Assembly: GCA_964035545.1 (NCBI GenBank)
Contig: OZ037770.1
Coordinates: forward strand, 8,686,973 to 8,750,972
Direction of reading: 5' to 3'
DNA: 64,000 nt
Source: Bugula neritina
Taxonomy: Eukaryota > Animalia > Bryozoa
Shown here: positions 1-28,939 of the stretch, piece after piece
Layout: every line of letters begins with the position of its first letter
Numbering within the stretch: position 1 is the first letter of the stretch
The notes under the pieces: generated by a model
Database searches by the model: none
What the model was told of the DNA's origin: nothing
The model's input: the letters and a program-made list of their open reading frames with translations, nothing else
Made by a program: the position numbers and the translations under genes

Positions 1-1073
1 ATTCCCATAGAAACTGTCACAAAAAGCCATATTGCAAGCTAGTAATCCTATGACTTGCAATAAGGAATTTTTTGTAAGTTTATTTACCAAGTTTATAATA
101 TTTTTGCGAGCTTATATAGGTTACAATTTCTCATATTATATAAATATGATACAAGCCTATAATACTAAAACCGTAATACGTCGTATCTAATACATAAGTT
201 GCATGTCATTGAAAACTAATACTTTAAATACTTTAAATACTTTAAATACTTTAAATTCTATAACTGCATAAATTTTGTATCAAATAAGATACAGTGTGAT
301 GTACTGTATAAGGCTTAGTTTGCATCCTGCATGACGTTGTAGAAAACACAGCTTTATAAAGAAGCAGCCTATGTGTGAAGTAGGAACTCTACACTATTTG
401 CTGTACGTGGTCTGTTTATTAAGTTGTTGTAGACTACTATGACAATATTTTTGCAATGCTCTATCATATTATATTATATACTAATCTAAAAGTTTATACA
501 AAATAGGAGTTATCTGTTCAGTACTTGGATATGTTGCAAGTTTATATTAGTTTGTAAATTTTTGTTTAAAACGTATCTTGTTCCTTTTGGTCACTACCTG
601 GTTGATTATACAGACATCTCCATTAACACTTAAAACCTACTTTCTCTCATATTATTAGCTACTTAGATGTTGGTAGCAGTTAACAAGTCAATTACTGTGA
701 AGTTTAATGACATTTAACAGATTTAAAAATAATATTATTTGTTTTATCTTTTTTTGCTCTTGAATACTGCTGTGCTTTAATAGAGATATGAGTAGTTATC
801 ACCACAGACTGAATGAAAGGAAGTGCTGGCCAGGTTTATAATAGTCTAAAAATGATTTTTTTGTAGTATAGAGCCAAAATAACTGTACATAAGCAAACGA
901 CACAACAGAGGAAAATATGTAGCTAACGATGCTGTAATAACACAATTAAAGCTGTGATGATTTAACAAAAGCTTTCCAGTGCTCATTTAATTCATCTCTC
1001 AATAATTAATACTCTATTATATCGCAATGCAAGTAGGGGGTACGCCAAATTAGTCCTACTATGTCTTTTGTCA

Positions 1074-1078
<5 letters not shown>

Positions 1079-1126
<48 letters not shown>
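1079..1126. repeat. (AT)n microsatellite
   Basis: Pure AT dinucleotide run. Confidence 0.95.
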
Positions 1127-1132
<6 letters not shown>

Positions 1133-1315
1133 AATGCAGCTTTGAATAATTTCCCTGTTCGTAAAATAAAGAGATTGCAATCATATTAATTAAGGATTTT
1201 ATATTCTATCCTGTAAAGTAATAACTATTGAGTCAGACTATAATATGTTTTGAGTCGGTAAATAACTTTTCTATACCCCATTGCAAATTTGAAACTATAG
1301 TTATAGCTTCTAAAC

Positions 1316-1658
1316 CAGGGATGTCCAACCTTTTTAGAGAGAGGGTCACCAAAAGGAAATATTTTATGGCAAGGGTCACATTGTAAACTTTAGCTTATGC
1401 TGGGGGCCACAGCATCAGTATTTTTCAAATTATTTTATTTTAAATTATTATAAATTGTTACAAAATAAAGTCCTAATAGTTAATGCAAGCTCCATGTTTT
1501 ATTGTAGTATGTGTATAAATAAGACATTTAAAAGGTGATTTTTCACTCTAATTCATGTATATGTGTGAAAACTACTTTTAGCTCTATGCTTTTGAGAGCC
1601 ACATAAATGTAGACTGCGGGCCACATCTGGCCCTGGGGCTGCATTTTGGACAGCTCTG
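1316..1658. mobile_element. Non-autonomous hAT (Charlie/Buster-like) MITE
   Basis: Termini CAGGGATGTCCAA...TTGGACAGCTCTG form imperfect TIRs. Flanked by a degenerate 8-bp TSD with central TA (TTCTAAAC / GTTTAAAC). Confidence 0.7.
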
Positions 1659-2337
1659 GTTTAAACAATAAACCATCACAATTTTAAATGAGTAAAAACA
1701 TTTAAAAAATATACTCTCAATCAAATAAAAAGAATCCGATGCGATGATGCAGAATGTATAAAGTGCGCTGCATGCATTTTTATGCCAAAAAATCAGAATA
1801 CCTAATAAAATATAGTGGTTATTAACTTTGTTAGTAGCTCTACTGTTTATTAATAATAGATATTGGAATATGCTATTAATATATGTCTTTCATTTTGCTA
1901 TTAGAAATTTGAAATGATTCTCTTTTGCATAGTTCACCTCTGTCATGCTTCATACGTCATATAATGTTAAAATAACAAACATGCTTATGCAAAATATGTA
2001 GTATCCATAATTTTGAAAGTGTGCAGCTACAAGAACAATCCTTTTTTCTAACAGCTTATACATTTCCTACATTGCAGCAGTGATAATATACTTTTATAAC
2101 CTTTGCAAGCAGTAAGCGTTAAATAAAAACAAACAAGAAACAAAATATTTTATAAAACCGGTTGCATTGAAGCATGCGCCTAAAAGCTTATTCATAAAAA
2201 TATTTTCATCAAAATATTCAAATATTTTTTGACTTTGGAGTTTAAACATTGAAGGGTTTAGTTGTGAAAATAATTGCAATGAGTTCTATTACAATCATGA
2301 TTCTAGAACCAGTTACTATCTTTAGAGCTCTTTGTGA

Positions 2338-5300
2338 CTAGACAAGACCATCGGATGGATTCTGAGCTACTCTCTGCTTAATCTCTTCAGTTAGAGCTTT
2401 TCTGTTGGGCTGAAACGTTAAGAGCTTTTAAATGCAATAATTCATCCATATTCTTCATAGTGATGTGTATCAACTCCAAGAACACAACTGACATGATTCA
2501 GCAAGTTATAAACTACACAAGGCTAACATTCCCCTGCTGAGTTGTATAATATGGTTTATTCTATAGGCTACAACTTCTATTATGTTAGAAAAAGTCAAAA
2601 TATTGTTAAATAACTCTACTCTGTCAGTAAAGTACATTAGAATATAACATGGATATTTAATTCAGTAGTATAATATAATATAAACTCGTTACACTTTTTT
2701 ACATCAAATATATTTCTCTTAATGCATAAATAAAAGTTTCCAATTTGTAGAATGCATCAAACAAAACGCTAGCAATTCAGCCTCACCTTGGGTCTTGAGC
2801 CGTTAGTTTTTGGAATGTCAGCATATTTGTAGAAAAAAATTCTGATTGGCCACTCAAGAGAGTTGTACATCTAAACAGTATATAATAGTTTAAATTGTAC
2901 ACTAAACCAGTAGTATATAGCAGTCAACATTAAAAATATAAAATATTAATGCGGAAATTGCAAACTAAACATAGTTAAAATAAAGCGATAATTACAAGCG
3001 ACATTTATAAACAAGCAAAACTTTATAACTTGTACCCTAAAAAAGTAATATTTGTACAATCATATGACTTATGAGAATATAAAATTAACACCATTTAGCT
3101 GTATATTCTGTAACTCTGTGAATATATAAATAAGAAGTGCAATATAAACGAACAATACACAACAATAAGTTATATGCAGTTATATACAGTATATGCAGAG
3201 TGCAGGTGCATGTCAAAGTAAATTTCTAAAAATATTGGTGTTACATAAGTGAAACCTTGGTAAAAAATAATCGGTTGACATTCTACCATTTTCAAAAATA
3301 TTTTTATATAACATTTTATTCCACTATTATCAGTAAAAAAAGTCAAAACAGTCTAAATGATAACTATAGCATATAACAAGTTTATAACAACAAAAAGCTA
3401 AAAGGTACTTTTAAACTTTGTTAATTAGTAGTAGGTAGTAACTGTATGTGCTTACTAATGGTGAACATTAATTTCCATTGATTTAATATATCTGTCAACA
3501 GCAATATTTAACTTTTTAGTAATACATAATTATGGCAATATAACTGACAATGGAAAAAGTTTTATGAATTTGATTTGATTAACTTTGACTCACATTTTCT
3601 TTAGCGAACTTCTTGACATCTTCCACAGTCAACCCACTTCCTGGGGCAGGCCTATACAATAATTAGAGAGATGATAACTCATTACAAGCATGCAGCTTAT
3701 AATTTACATAAGGAGATGATAAATAAAAACTTATAGAAATAATAACCTGATAATCCTATTATATGAGTTAAATATATAATATATAATATAGTATATAGTA
3801 ATAAAAAGTACCTACTCTATGACATAGTTGAGGTCATGACCTTTGCCATTGTCTGTACCAATCACCTAGATATAGTAAAAAAGATGCGTTTTTAAATAAT
3901 TGAATGAGGATGCATTACAAAGCATCAAAATATATCAAAAAGATGAAAAATTGAAAACAATAAGCCTACCAAATTGTTTTATTTATCACAATCTCTCTTC
4001 ATAATTCAATGGAAATATAACCACCCACTTGCTGTGCATTAACTTTATTTGTTGAAAATAAATCAAATTTGATAATTAGCATTACCACAGCTGTATTTGA
4101 ATGCAAAGGATATTTTTAAAACACCTTTTTTGAAAATGCACATGTCTTTAAACAAGAATAAAATTGGCACTAACCATACAAATATGTAAATATAATTCCA
4201 TGACACTTCAACAGGCTCTATCTATGGCTACATAGACAAATGTAAGACAATATCAAAGCCAATCTCTTACATACTTATACACCTAGTTTATTGAACTGTC
4301 ACTTGAAACAATTTAACTTTGCAATAGTGCTTGTGTCACAAAACCAGACATGCTATATCAACAGTAGATTAAACAGCTGGTTAGAATATAAACTTACTGC
4401 ACAGGTCCTGACTGAAGGATGTGTCATTAACACATTCTCAATGCTGATAGAATAAACAACTTTCCCATTTATCTTCCACCTTTCAGCATTTGAAAGACGT
4501 CCATAAACATAGAGGAAACCATCTTCATCCATTGACACCATGTCTCTTCAAAGATAATATTCTAACAATTGAGAAGGCAATTGCCTAAAACACTGACTAC
4601 CAGCAATTTTTTGTGCTGAACGATATACTTGTTGCTGATTTGAATAGCTAGCTTTAACCAGAAATGCTGTTTTAGCAAAGTGAATTTTGAACAAAATTTC
4701 TAAAAGTTGTTTTTCTTTATAGATTTATTTGTAGCTCAATTTGGCAAATTTTTATAAACAAATGGGACTATAATAAACCTTCAATTTCAGAAGATGATAC
4801 AACTATTTACTGATTAGCTGCAACCAGATGAGTAGACAATTCCAATGTTGTTCCACAGACTGTTGCAGTATCTTCTTTATAATTGTCAATTTGTTATTTT
4901 TCCACTTACACTTTCCTATTATATCTTTTCTCAAATACTTATAGAATTAGCTAAGTGCTTTGCAAAATATAGCAAGTGCTGCTGATAATATCAAAAATAA
5001 TCTTATTGAGTTTTATAAGCGCAGCCTGTTCAGTTCACAGACAGACTTTATAAGCCAAATATTATGATAATAATGTTCCAACATTGTACTTGGCATAAAA
5101 TATTTTCAGCTTCAAGTTATAAAATATTTTTAATCATCCTATACTCAAACATGGGGCAATGGCTTTTCATCAAATAAATAAAACTCAAAACCAATGCGCT
5201 ACATCTCAGCTCACCCTGTATGGTACCATCCATATTTGTCCATGACCTTAGCAGTGAGCTCAGGTTGATCTTTGTATTCTAGAAAGAGACACCACCCTCT

Positions 5301-8300
5301 GACACACATTTCACCTTTAGTGTTGACAGGAACTGTCACTCCCTCCTCATCTATGATTTTCAGCTGACAAATAATTAAAATAATGCAAAATTTACCTTAA
5401 GTTTTAAAATTCAAATATTTAGCCACATCCTAGATACATCCTAGACACATCTTGGAAACATTTTAGAAACATTCTAAAGACACATTCTGAACACATTATA
5501 GAAACATCATAGACAAATCCTAGAAACATTTTAAACAGCGTATGGTATGCATATTGTTATAATTTTCTGAATTATAATGTTAAAGTGGGTTCATCTATAC
5601 TGCACTGATTCGATTTGCACTCTCCAACACAGGGCAAGTAGTAAGAAGAGAAGATTATATCTATCACAACATGTACACAAGTCAAAACTAATACATTACT
5701 TTATAAAAGCATAAAATATACATCTGTTACTTGCACATTCGGCATCACACTGCCAACTAACTATTTCTAAGTATCACTGTCCGGAAGCGTTCTGCTTCGC
5801 AGGGGGAGGGGGGGAGGGGGGGGGTTATCACGTGCCTAACAGTAATTGGCTTGTAAGCACGTGGCGTGTTTATGCTTCACTGGCCACTACAATATTGATA
5901 ATTTCACATAAGGTTAGTTTTACCTCAACATTAGGCCGTGCTTTTCCAACAGAGTTCAGTTTCTCTGGTGGCAGAAGGCTCAGAGGAACTGGTGTTGTAG
6001 AAAACATAAACTCAGTGCCTCCATAACCATCCTAAAGTATCACGTGTTAACACATAATACAATACTTACTAGTGATATCTACAGATATGCTAATATAGCA
6101 TATTTTATAGCTACTTTAGGTAATGGAGCACAGTGATTTCCCAGCAGCCCCTGTAGTATAATGGTTAGCATGTTAGCTGGCGAGCAGTACTAACCATTAT
6201 AGTAGTATATGAGTTACAGATATTCGCAGTTAACTTGTAACATTTTAAGCTGATTTGCTGGTTAATTGAACAAAGTAATAAACTAAATTCTTTAGTAATT
6301 TACATTTGTTAGTAGAAATCTATTTCTCAATAGATTATTTGTGGCTCTAAGATGTTGAATATTGAAATAGACTAATTAATCAGCTTTGAAATAGGTAATA
6401 ATAAAATATAACTTACCTAAATTCAACCCTTAAAGAAATACGTCACTTACACCTGACATTGGAGCAAATTCCATTAGCTTCTTTTTGAACTCTAGAGAAG
6501 AGAGACAGCCACCAACATTTAGAGATATAACGCTGCTGAGGTCATATTGGGTCCTGTAGGAAGGGTTGTTTACAATCTGGATAATGTAGTTAGTTCTATG
6601 AACTATGAGCTTCACACTGCAAACAAAATATCTTGATTGCAACGAATCAGTATAAACTAGCCGAAAGTAGAAGCTAGAAGTAGGTAATTAGCAAACATTT
6701 GTTGTGAATGATATGTGCAGTGCGTAATCAAAATTGAAAGAGAAAGATTCAATTTTAGATTTCCCTAAAAATTGAAGCGCTATGCAATCAGAAAATACTT
6801 ATTCTATATTGAGTAAATGTCGGTAATTAATTGTTTAAACTACAATGTAAGTATATATCATCAATTCTGTATAAATTAAGCGAAAGATGCAAAAATATGC
6901 TTATTACCGTCAAAAATTATAATTATGATGCTGCTATTTCATCTATACAAAATCAATATTATCTTGAAATTATAAATTATTGGTCTTTACTAAATTGAGA
7001 TATGGGCTGCATTAATACATATAATATGTGCTGTCTTCATTGGTGCATTGTTTTGAAATATAGATTACTGTTAACAAATAAATGAAATAAATATCATAAT
7101 CACAATTGTAAAGTTAGCCTAATTAAAAGGAAATAAAAAATATTTGATGCTATAACGTTTAAAATTTAAATACATAATTTTAGGAGAAAATCTATCTCAC
7201 CGATACTTTTCAGAAATGGATAAAATCTCTTGAAGAGCTTCTTCGTCATTGCAAGAGTTAGTTGCCGGATATATTACCAGATTACTTTTACCCACTAGGC
7301 AGAAGAAAGACATGAGAATGAGCTTTACGTCTCCTTCTATTATGTCACTGCAGCCAACTGTTGACCCCTATGCAATTCACACGAGTCTGCTAGAGCAGAT
7401 AAACAGTAAATAATCTACTGCAAAATTAACAAAGCGTAACTTGACGCAACAAAAAATGCAACAGCAATACTAAGCTGCTCTAACATTGCTGTTAAAAACA
7501 TATTACACAAGTTATATCTAGTAATATGCGGCTGGTAATTATTTAGACAAACCATGACTTTGTGATTCCATCCGGCATATCCAAATGCAATGCCCATACA
7601 TCCATTGTTCAATGTAACTATCTTGGGATCACCTGTTGAACCCTGTCAAGTAATGATATTAGGCTATAAATCGACACGAAGAAGCTATAGTCTGATGGTC
7701 TAAATGTAATTATTAGTAATAAACAAAATTATAAGTTAGTTCAATAACATATTTTATGTACAAAAAAATTGCTGTCCTGATACACAAGTTATTAGTAAAA
7801 CCGAAGTATAACTTGTTTGAGTAAAAAGCTTACTGATGAGCAGAGATAAAGGAATGGGTCTTCTGGTTTCACCAAACTCTGCGCTGCTATTAGCTGTTCA
7901 TCACTCAAGTTTTCTTTCCCAACTTTCATTAAATCAGCAAACGATTTCCAGTCACTAGAATCACAAGATAGTAAATTGTAAGACATATTACTGCGATAAG
8001 AATGTGCAAAAAATTATCTATTATAGGCTACATGTAAATTGATAAACATTAATTATTTTAGACATAGCGCAAAGATCTCAGAGATGTTATGTCTCCAAAG
8101 TTATCTCCACATCTTTGAGTATAGTATGTACCTGAGTATGGAGCACTTGGGGTCAGAAGCAGCATGTTTATCATAGAAAATGTGAGATATACCATGTCCT
8201 TCTCCAGCAGTCATCTCACTTATTACTTTAGTAAACTCTGTGCAAACGTGTTCCTGGTACTTACCAGATGTACAATTTCCTATCAGCACTGCAGTTGGCT

Positions 8301-11293
8301 TTATCTGTGAAGGAAAATAACCAGTGATCAAAGAGTGTACTCTACTTAATAACCTATTTACATAAATTACTACAATTTGTTGTATTATAACTTATATATT
8401 TCCCATTTCCAAGTACTTTTAGGACTTGTTAATTGATTTTACCTGTAATTGAAAAATAACGCACGCGCGCACGCACGCACGCACGCAAGGGCGAGCGCAC
8501 AAACTTTTTATTAAGCCAATGTATGTGACTATTTATTATGGACATTTAATCACTGCAGTATAAAATACATTCTTCTTTAAAGCTATTGCTTGGCATAAAC
8601 TTATCAAAACTTAAGTTTATGAATAAGCACATTTACCTTTGCTGTTGCACTACTACTAATTATTGGAGAGAAGAGCTGGGAGCATGTTGAATTATAATAT
8701 TTCTACAGATGATTTTTGATACATATGCTGAAAACAAAACTATGTTGTATATATAATAATACAGCCTTTTAGTACCCTGTTCAAACCTAAAGTCTTGCAT
8801 GGTTCTAATGATTTTTTAGAATATTTTGTAAGAGTTTTTAGCATTTTGACATTATGATTTGCTTATCATCAAGTAAAACTATTGAATAAAATTAGACAAC
8901 TCCAACACAGTAATAGAGCAGGCTGAAACCCTAGCGTAACACTACTTGCTTATACCATGGAAGCTTCACCTACAGGCATTAAGAAATTTTACAAGTTAGT
9001 TCTAGTCGAGACCAGCACTAGTCTTTTTGCAGAAACGGTGACTATCTTTTAATATAATTTGTTAATTTTTCTAGCCAGGTTTATAATATTATGAACCTGG
9101 CTAACAAAATTAGCAAAGAAAAGTCCATTGAATATAGTGCATATAGCTAATGAAGTGATATATAACAGAGTGTAGCAGGGTGACAAAGTGTGATTCTCCT
9201 ATTTAGTAACCACTCTTACCTTTTTGATCATCATAGTCATCACTTTTGAAATTGGAGAATATAAATAGTTGGCCTACAATGATAAAATATAGGATCAAAT
9301 CATTAAGCTGCTGGTACAGTAACTTTTATAAAACTTTCTCTGAAAGTCTTTTTAGCAGTATAAATTATAGATGAAACAATATTTTAATATAATTACCCAC
9401 ATATTATGCTGAACAAAAAGATTAAATTTTATCAAGACATCTGAAAAGCTTTGGTTTTGAAAATTACTTGCATGAAGGGAAGCACAACTCAATAACCCAA
9501 ACCCTTTTAATAATGATGCTTCTTTTAGGTATTGACAGGTTAAATAAATAGAAGTTGAACCAAACACTTATAACACCATCGGCTTTTTATTTTGAGCGTG
9601 ACCAGAATTAAGCCTAACCAGGTACCTAATCAAATTACTTTCTATAAATTTAAAACCGTGAACGAAAACTAAGAAGTAAGAAAGACTTAATTAGTATTTA
9701 CCGTATACTTCAGACCAATTGAAAGACAGGCTATCAACAATAGAACAGAGTCTGATCCTTGTGAACCAAAACTGCAAAAACTGTCTCCTCTTTTCAATCC
9801 AATCTCTAGCAGCCCTTTTGCCAAATTCATTGCCTATCAAGAAAATATATTAATCAAAAGGAATAGAAATGTTAAGAAACAACTCATAATTGCTTTTGTA
9901 ATTATGATATAGGTAATTTAGTTCAACCTGCTTATTTATTACATGCTATAATATTACAACAGGGCCTATATATCAATTCCATCTTTTTTTAATTTTTACT
10001 TATTGTTATATACTTGGTTATTTTCTGTGTTAGTAGCGGATTGCATATTAAAATGACAATCATCAAGTGTTGATTGATATTAATATTCATTTGCAGTTAT
10101 AATCTTTTTAGAAACTATAAAGAGAAGCTAATATAGAAGCTACTTATAGAACCTAGTGAACTAGTATAGTTTTTACTTGGAGTAAAAGCTTAACACTATG
10201 TTTTACAGAGCAATGTTCTGTTAAGATATGCTCAGTAAATGCTACTCGATCATGACTAAAATGATTTAAAATCATTTCATGGTTTTTTAGAACGAACATT
10301 AAATTTAGCTCCTTTAAGTTTGTGAAATTTGAGTAAAAAAATCTTCCTTGCTTGAACTTTAAGGGTTTTCTTACCCTAAATAGCATTAAATGATTAAGAT
10401 AAATTCAATTGATTTTTTAATAATAAAAAAAGAAGTGTGTAATCTACTCTTCTGGAAAATCAATATAATTACAAATAATTGACTCATCTTTTAATTGATC
10501 ATGCTAATTTTTGAAATATTATCAAATAAACGTGTGGTTTAAAAGAACTAAACACTATCTTTTTAAGTAAACATTACTTTAAAAATTTACAACAATCTTC
10601 AATATACAAAAGTCATATATTTTATTTTGGCCCAACAGTTGAATTTTAATTGAAGTATATTCATTACATGCATCGTGTAGCCGAGGGGGCCATAAAGATG
10701 TACAACACAACATGTAGGATGCTATATAGTGACATGTAATATATATTCGTTTGACTCTAACTTTTGTATTGAAAGTCTAAAGTTCACAGTTGGATTATTT
10801 TTTTTGCAATTGCTAAGATATCTTGTTATAGATACATAACAAGTTCTACAATAATTTCTTTCTAACTGTATAAAAGTATTTGGCTATTTTTGGCCTATTG
10901 CTGTTTCAATTGATGTTTTTTCACTTATTTATATATATTACCTGTGAGCTAATAAAATAGGCTAACATAAAGTATATATAAGATAATCTTCATAATAACT
11001 ATGGAAGTTAATTAAATTGCCTTTTAATAGCAACTGGTGATCTGTTTGACTATTTTTAAACATATCATGATTATCCACTTATAAGAAGGTTTTCCTGAAA
11101 TTATTTTAAATAATATATGAACCTTTTCATACAGTTGGTGATGAGTTAGAGTTTCGTAAGGCTTGGTAAATGTCACATGACACTCTTCATTTCCTGTACA
11201 AGAGTTCCTGATGAGTTCAAGGAGACTCTCTGTTGGAATCGGTACACTGTTGTCAAAGTAGTAGCTCTCACACATCTTCTTGGAGCTAGCCAT
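2338..11293 (-). CDS. ACSF2-like acyl-CoA synthetase / ANL adenylate-forming enzyme, copy A (15 exons, about 580 aa)
   Basis: Phase-consistent GT-AG exons: 11123-11293, 9702-9833, 9220-9273, 8132-8304, 7834-7954, 7553-7642, 7201-7367, 6451-6616, 5924-6031, 5215-5363, 4398-4545, 3816-3865, 3594-3651, 2787-2870, 2338-2409 (1743 nt). ANL motifs: LAKGLLEIGLKRGD, A3 SSGSTGDPK, A5 GYGGTE, GEMCVRG, A7 WYHTGD, A8 GRLSNAERWKING. Confidence 0.9.
5555..5891 (-). mobile_element. Solo LTR of a Gypsy family related to the 36.2-46.3 kb element
   Basis: TG...CA ends (TGTTATAATTT...CTTCACTGGCCACTACA) match the LTRs at 36210 and 45954. 4-bp TSD ATAT at 5551-5554 and 5892-5895. Absent from the homologous intron of copy B. 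Confidence 0.9.
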
Positions 11294-12384
11294 TTTTGTT
11301 AGAGCACTTTACTTGACTTGACATGTATTAGTGTTGACAAGTCACCTACTGCCTATCAGTACTGAAAAATAGAGAAAATAAAGAAATTTTGTAGCAGGAG
11401 GAGCTAATTATTAAGCAGATTAATTTACTGAGCCTAACTTATTCAAATAGCCTATTTCAAGAAATATCTTATACCAGTTCATAGTTCATAGTTCTTATAT
11501 TAGCTAGAGGTCACTGCCCTCATCATTTGCTTATCAAAAGCAGAGTTTATCAGCTCTAGCATTCTTAATGCTCCATTAAGTGAAAGTACATGAAGTAATT
11601 TAGTTTTATGTTCCCAGATGCGATAATTTAGAACACATTAGTATATTTTGCTGATAAAATGCTTTTTAAGCTTGGTTTATTTGTTGAAGCCAATGCTATA
11701 TAAAAGAAAACGTATTTTTTAGCCTTATGTCTACTGCTATACTAACTACAACAATATAGTTTAAACTGTGTTGTATTTAGCCAAAAGTATTGGCATTACT
11801 TAGGATTGCATTTTGCTCAGCAACAAAGCATGTTGTTTGCTTTACAATATTTGCTTATCTGGATTCATTTCACAGCATTTATAATATCAGAAATAAACAT
11901 AGACATAGCCTGCACTACATGCAACACTGTTGGTGGCATACTTGCATTATATAATAGGTGGCCACCTTACCACTTAGTCCTGAAATTGTTGCTTAGTGTG
12001 TATTAATCTATGTTCTGTATTAGCTAAAGGATGGTATCTGTTATATTGGAAGTCAGCTTGTAAAGTGATATGCAACATGTTATGTATGTCAATAGACCCT
12101 GTAGCGCACGAAACACTGCGATTGGCTAATTAACACTGTGCAACTTGCTAGTTATACTGCATATATTGTAAGGTGCAGGTAAAACTAATGCTACACCTAG
12201 ACTATCATTGAGTAGAATCTCAGGCTGAATTGTATACAATGACTGCCCACTAACAACAATATAATGGCTTAACAAGGTCAGCTGTAAGTAGATTTGATTA
12301 TGACAGTCAAGAGAAGACAACTTGATGAGTATACTTGCAGCATTGCTATGTGTAGCTCAAGTTGTCATGATGCAGAAAATGTAT

Positions 12385-12684
12385 GTGGCATTTGTGTGGC
12401 ATATGTGTGACGTATGTGTGACATATGTGTGGCATATGTGTGACATATGTGTGGTATATGTGTGGTATATGTGTAACATATATGTGGTGTATATATGTGG
12501 TGTATATATTAAGTGGTATATATTAAGTGGTATATATTAAGTGGTATATATTAAGTGGTATATATTAAGTGGTATATATTAAGTGGTATATATTAAGTGG
12601 TATATATTAAGTGGTATATATTAAGTGGTATATATTAAGTGGTATATATTAAGTGGTATATATTAAGTAGTATATGTGTGTGTG

Positions 12685-12736
<52 letters not shown>

Positions 12737-12750
12737 TGTGTGTGTGTATA
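12385..12750. repeat. Compound minisatellite (12-14-bp units, AAGTGGTATATATT) followed by (GTGC)n
   Basis: Seen directly; about 11 near-perfect 14-bp units at roughly 12510-12670. Confidence 0.9.
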
Positions 12751-13427
12751 TAATTTGCAAACTATAGACATAAATAACAAAAGCCTTTCTGATTTGTTCA
12801 CATTCTAGTAGCCTCTAAAGCAGTTTAAGGTTATAATTTTACTTTGAGTCTCGCAAATCAATTAAACTTATCTAGTGTATAGTTTGAGTTACATGAATTG
12901 AAACAGAAATCAGTATGTTGCTTTGGTGTTTGAAGTTTCATACTTGCACAACAGAAGGAATCTACTACTATCTTTGTAGCCGCAGTTCACATTATAGGAT
13001 TTTTTTGCCTATTTCTTTATTGCCCTGCTTTATATATAAGCTGATATTGTTACAATAACATGTATTCAAAACATATAGAATCAATAATTTAAAACGTGTG
13101 CAGCTTTGAGAACAAGCAAATACACACTTCATTCTAACAGCTTATATACTATATATATACTATATATACTTCATTGTAGCATCTTTTATAACCTTTGGAA
13201 GCAGTAAGCATTAAAAAAGAACAAACAAGAAACACAATATTTTATAAAACCAGTTGCATTGAAACATGCGCCTAAAAGCTTATTCATAAAGTTTATAATC
13301 AAAATGTTCAAATATTTTTTGACTTTGTTGTTTAGACATTGAAAGGTATAAATGTGAAAAGCGTTACAATAATGTCTATTATAACCATGATCCTAGAACC
13401 AGTCATCGTCTCTAGAGCTCCTTGTAA

Positions 13428-27433
<14,006 letters not shown>

Positions 27434-28344
27434 TTTCGTTAGAGCAATTTACTATGCCTGACATGTAATGCTGTTGACAAGTCACTTACTGCTTGTCACT
27501 AATTGCATGGAGAGTAGAAAAGCAGATGCTGTAGTGAGAGGTGCCAATTATTGTGCACATTCATTTGCTGAGGCTAATTTTTAAAACATAAAACATATTT
27601 CAAAAAAACATTTTACAATGGGTTCAAAGAATAGGTCACTGCCCCCATCATTTACTTACCATAAGCATTGTTCAGTGCAGCTAGCATTTTCAATACTTCA
27701 TTAAGTGCATGTAGTAATTCAGCTTCATGTTCCCAAATGTTATAATTTGAGAAATGTTTGTAAAATTCTGCTCATAGAGAACTTTTTATGCATGGTTTAT
27801 TTGTTAGAGCTAATGCTATATAAAAGAAAGCGTGTTTTTTAACCATATGTCTACTAACTACTACAATGGTTTTAACTGTATGTTGTATGTGGCAAAAGGT
27901 ATTTGCATTATATACTTATGATTTTATTTTGCTGAGCAACAGAGCATGTCGTTTACTTTACAATATTCACTTATCTTGATTTATTTAACAGCATTTATAA
28001 TACCAGAAATAAATATTTTACTGTTACACTTTTGGTGGCTACTGGCATTATATAATAAATGGCTACTTTACCACTTAGGCCTGAAATTGTTGCTCAGTCT
28101 GTTTTAATCTATGTTCTGTATTAGCCAAACAATGGTATCTGTTATATTAGAAATCAGCTTAATGTAAAGTGATTTTATTGTGGTGTTTTAATTATATATA
28201 TAAATGTACTGCGCGTTTATCATCACAGATTAAAATAAAAGTCAAATTAGGAGACTGCACAACAGAAAGTGCTGCATGGGTTTTAAAAGTGTTTAAAAAG
28301 ATAGCTATTTTTCAGTAGTCAAAATCACAGTGTCCTAATAGAGA

Positions 28345-28893
<549 letters not shown>

Positions 28894-28939
28894 CCTGACT
28901 TTTGAAATTACTACTGTTCTCACCAGTTTATAATCTCTT

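Noticed and set aside
6417-6430. Possible micro-exon or alternative donor after exon 8 of copy A
   Set aside because: The upstream donor already gives an in-frame join that is conserved in copy B, and the second GTAAGT has no counterpart there.
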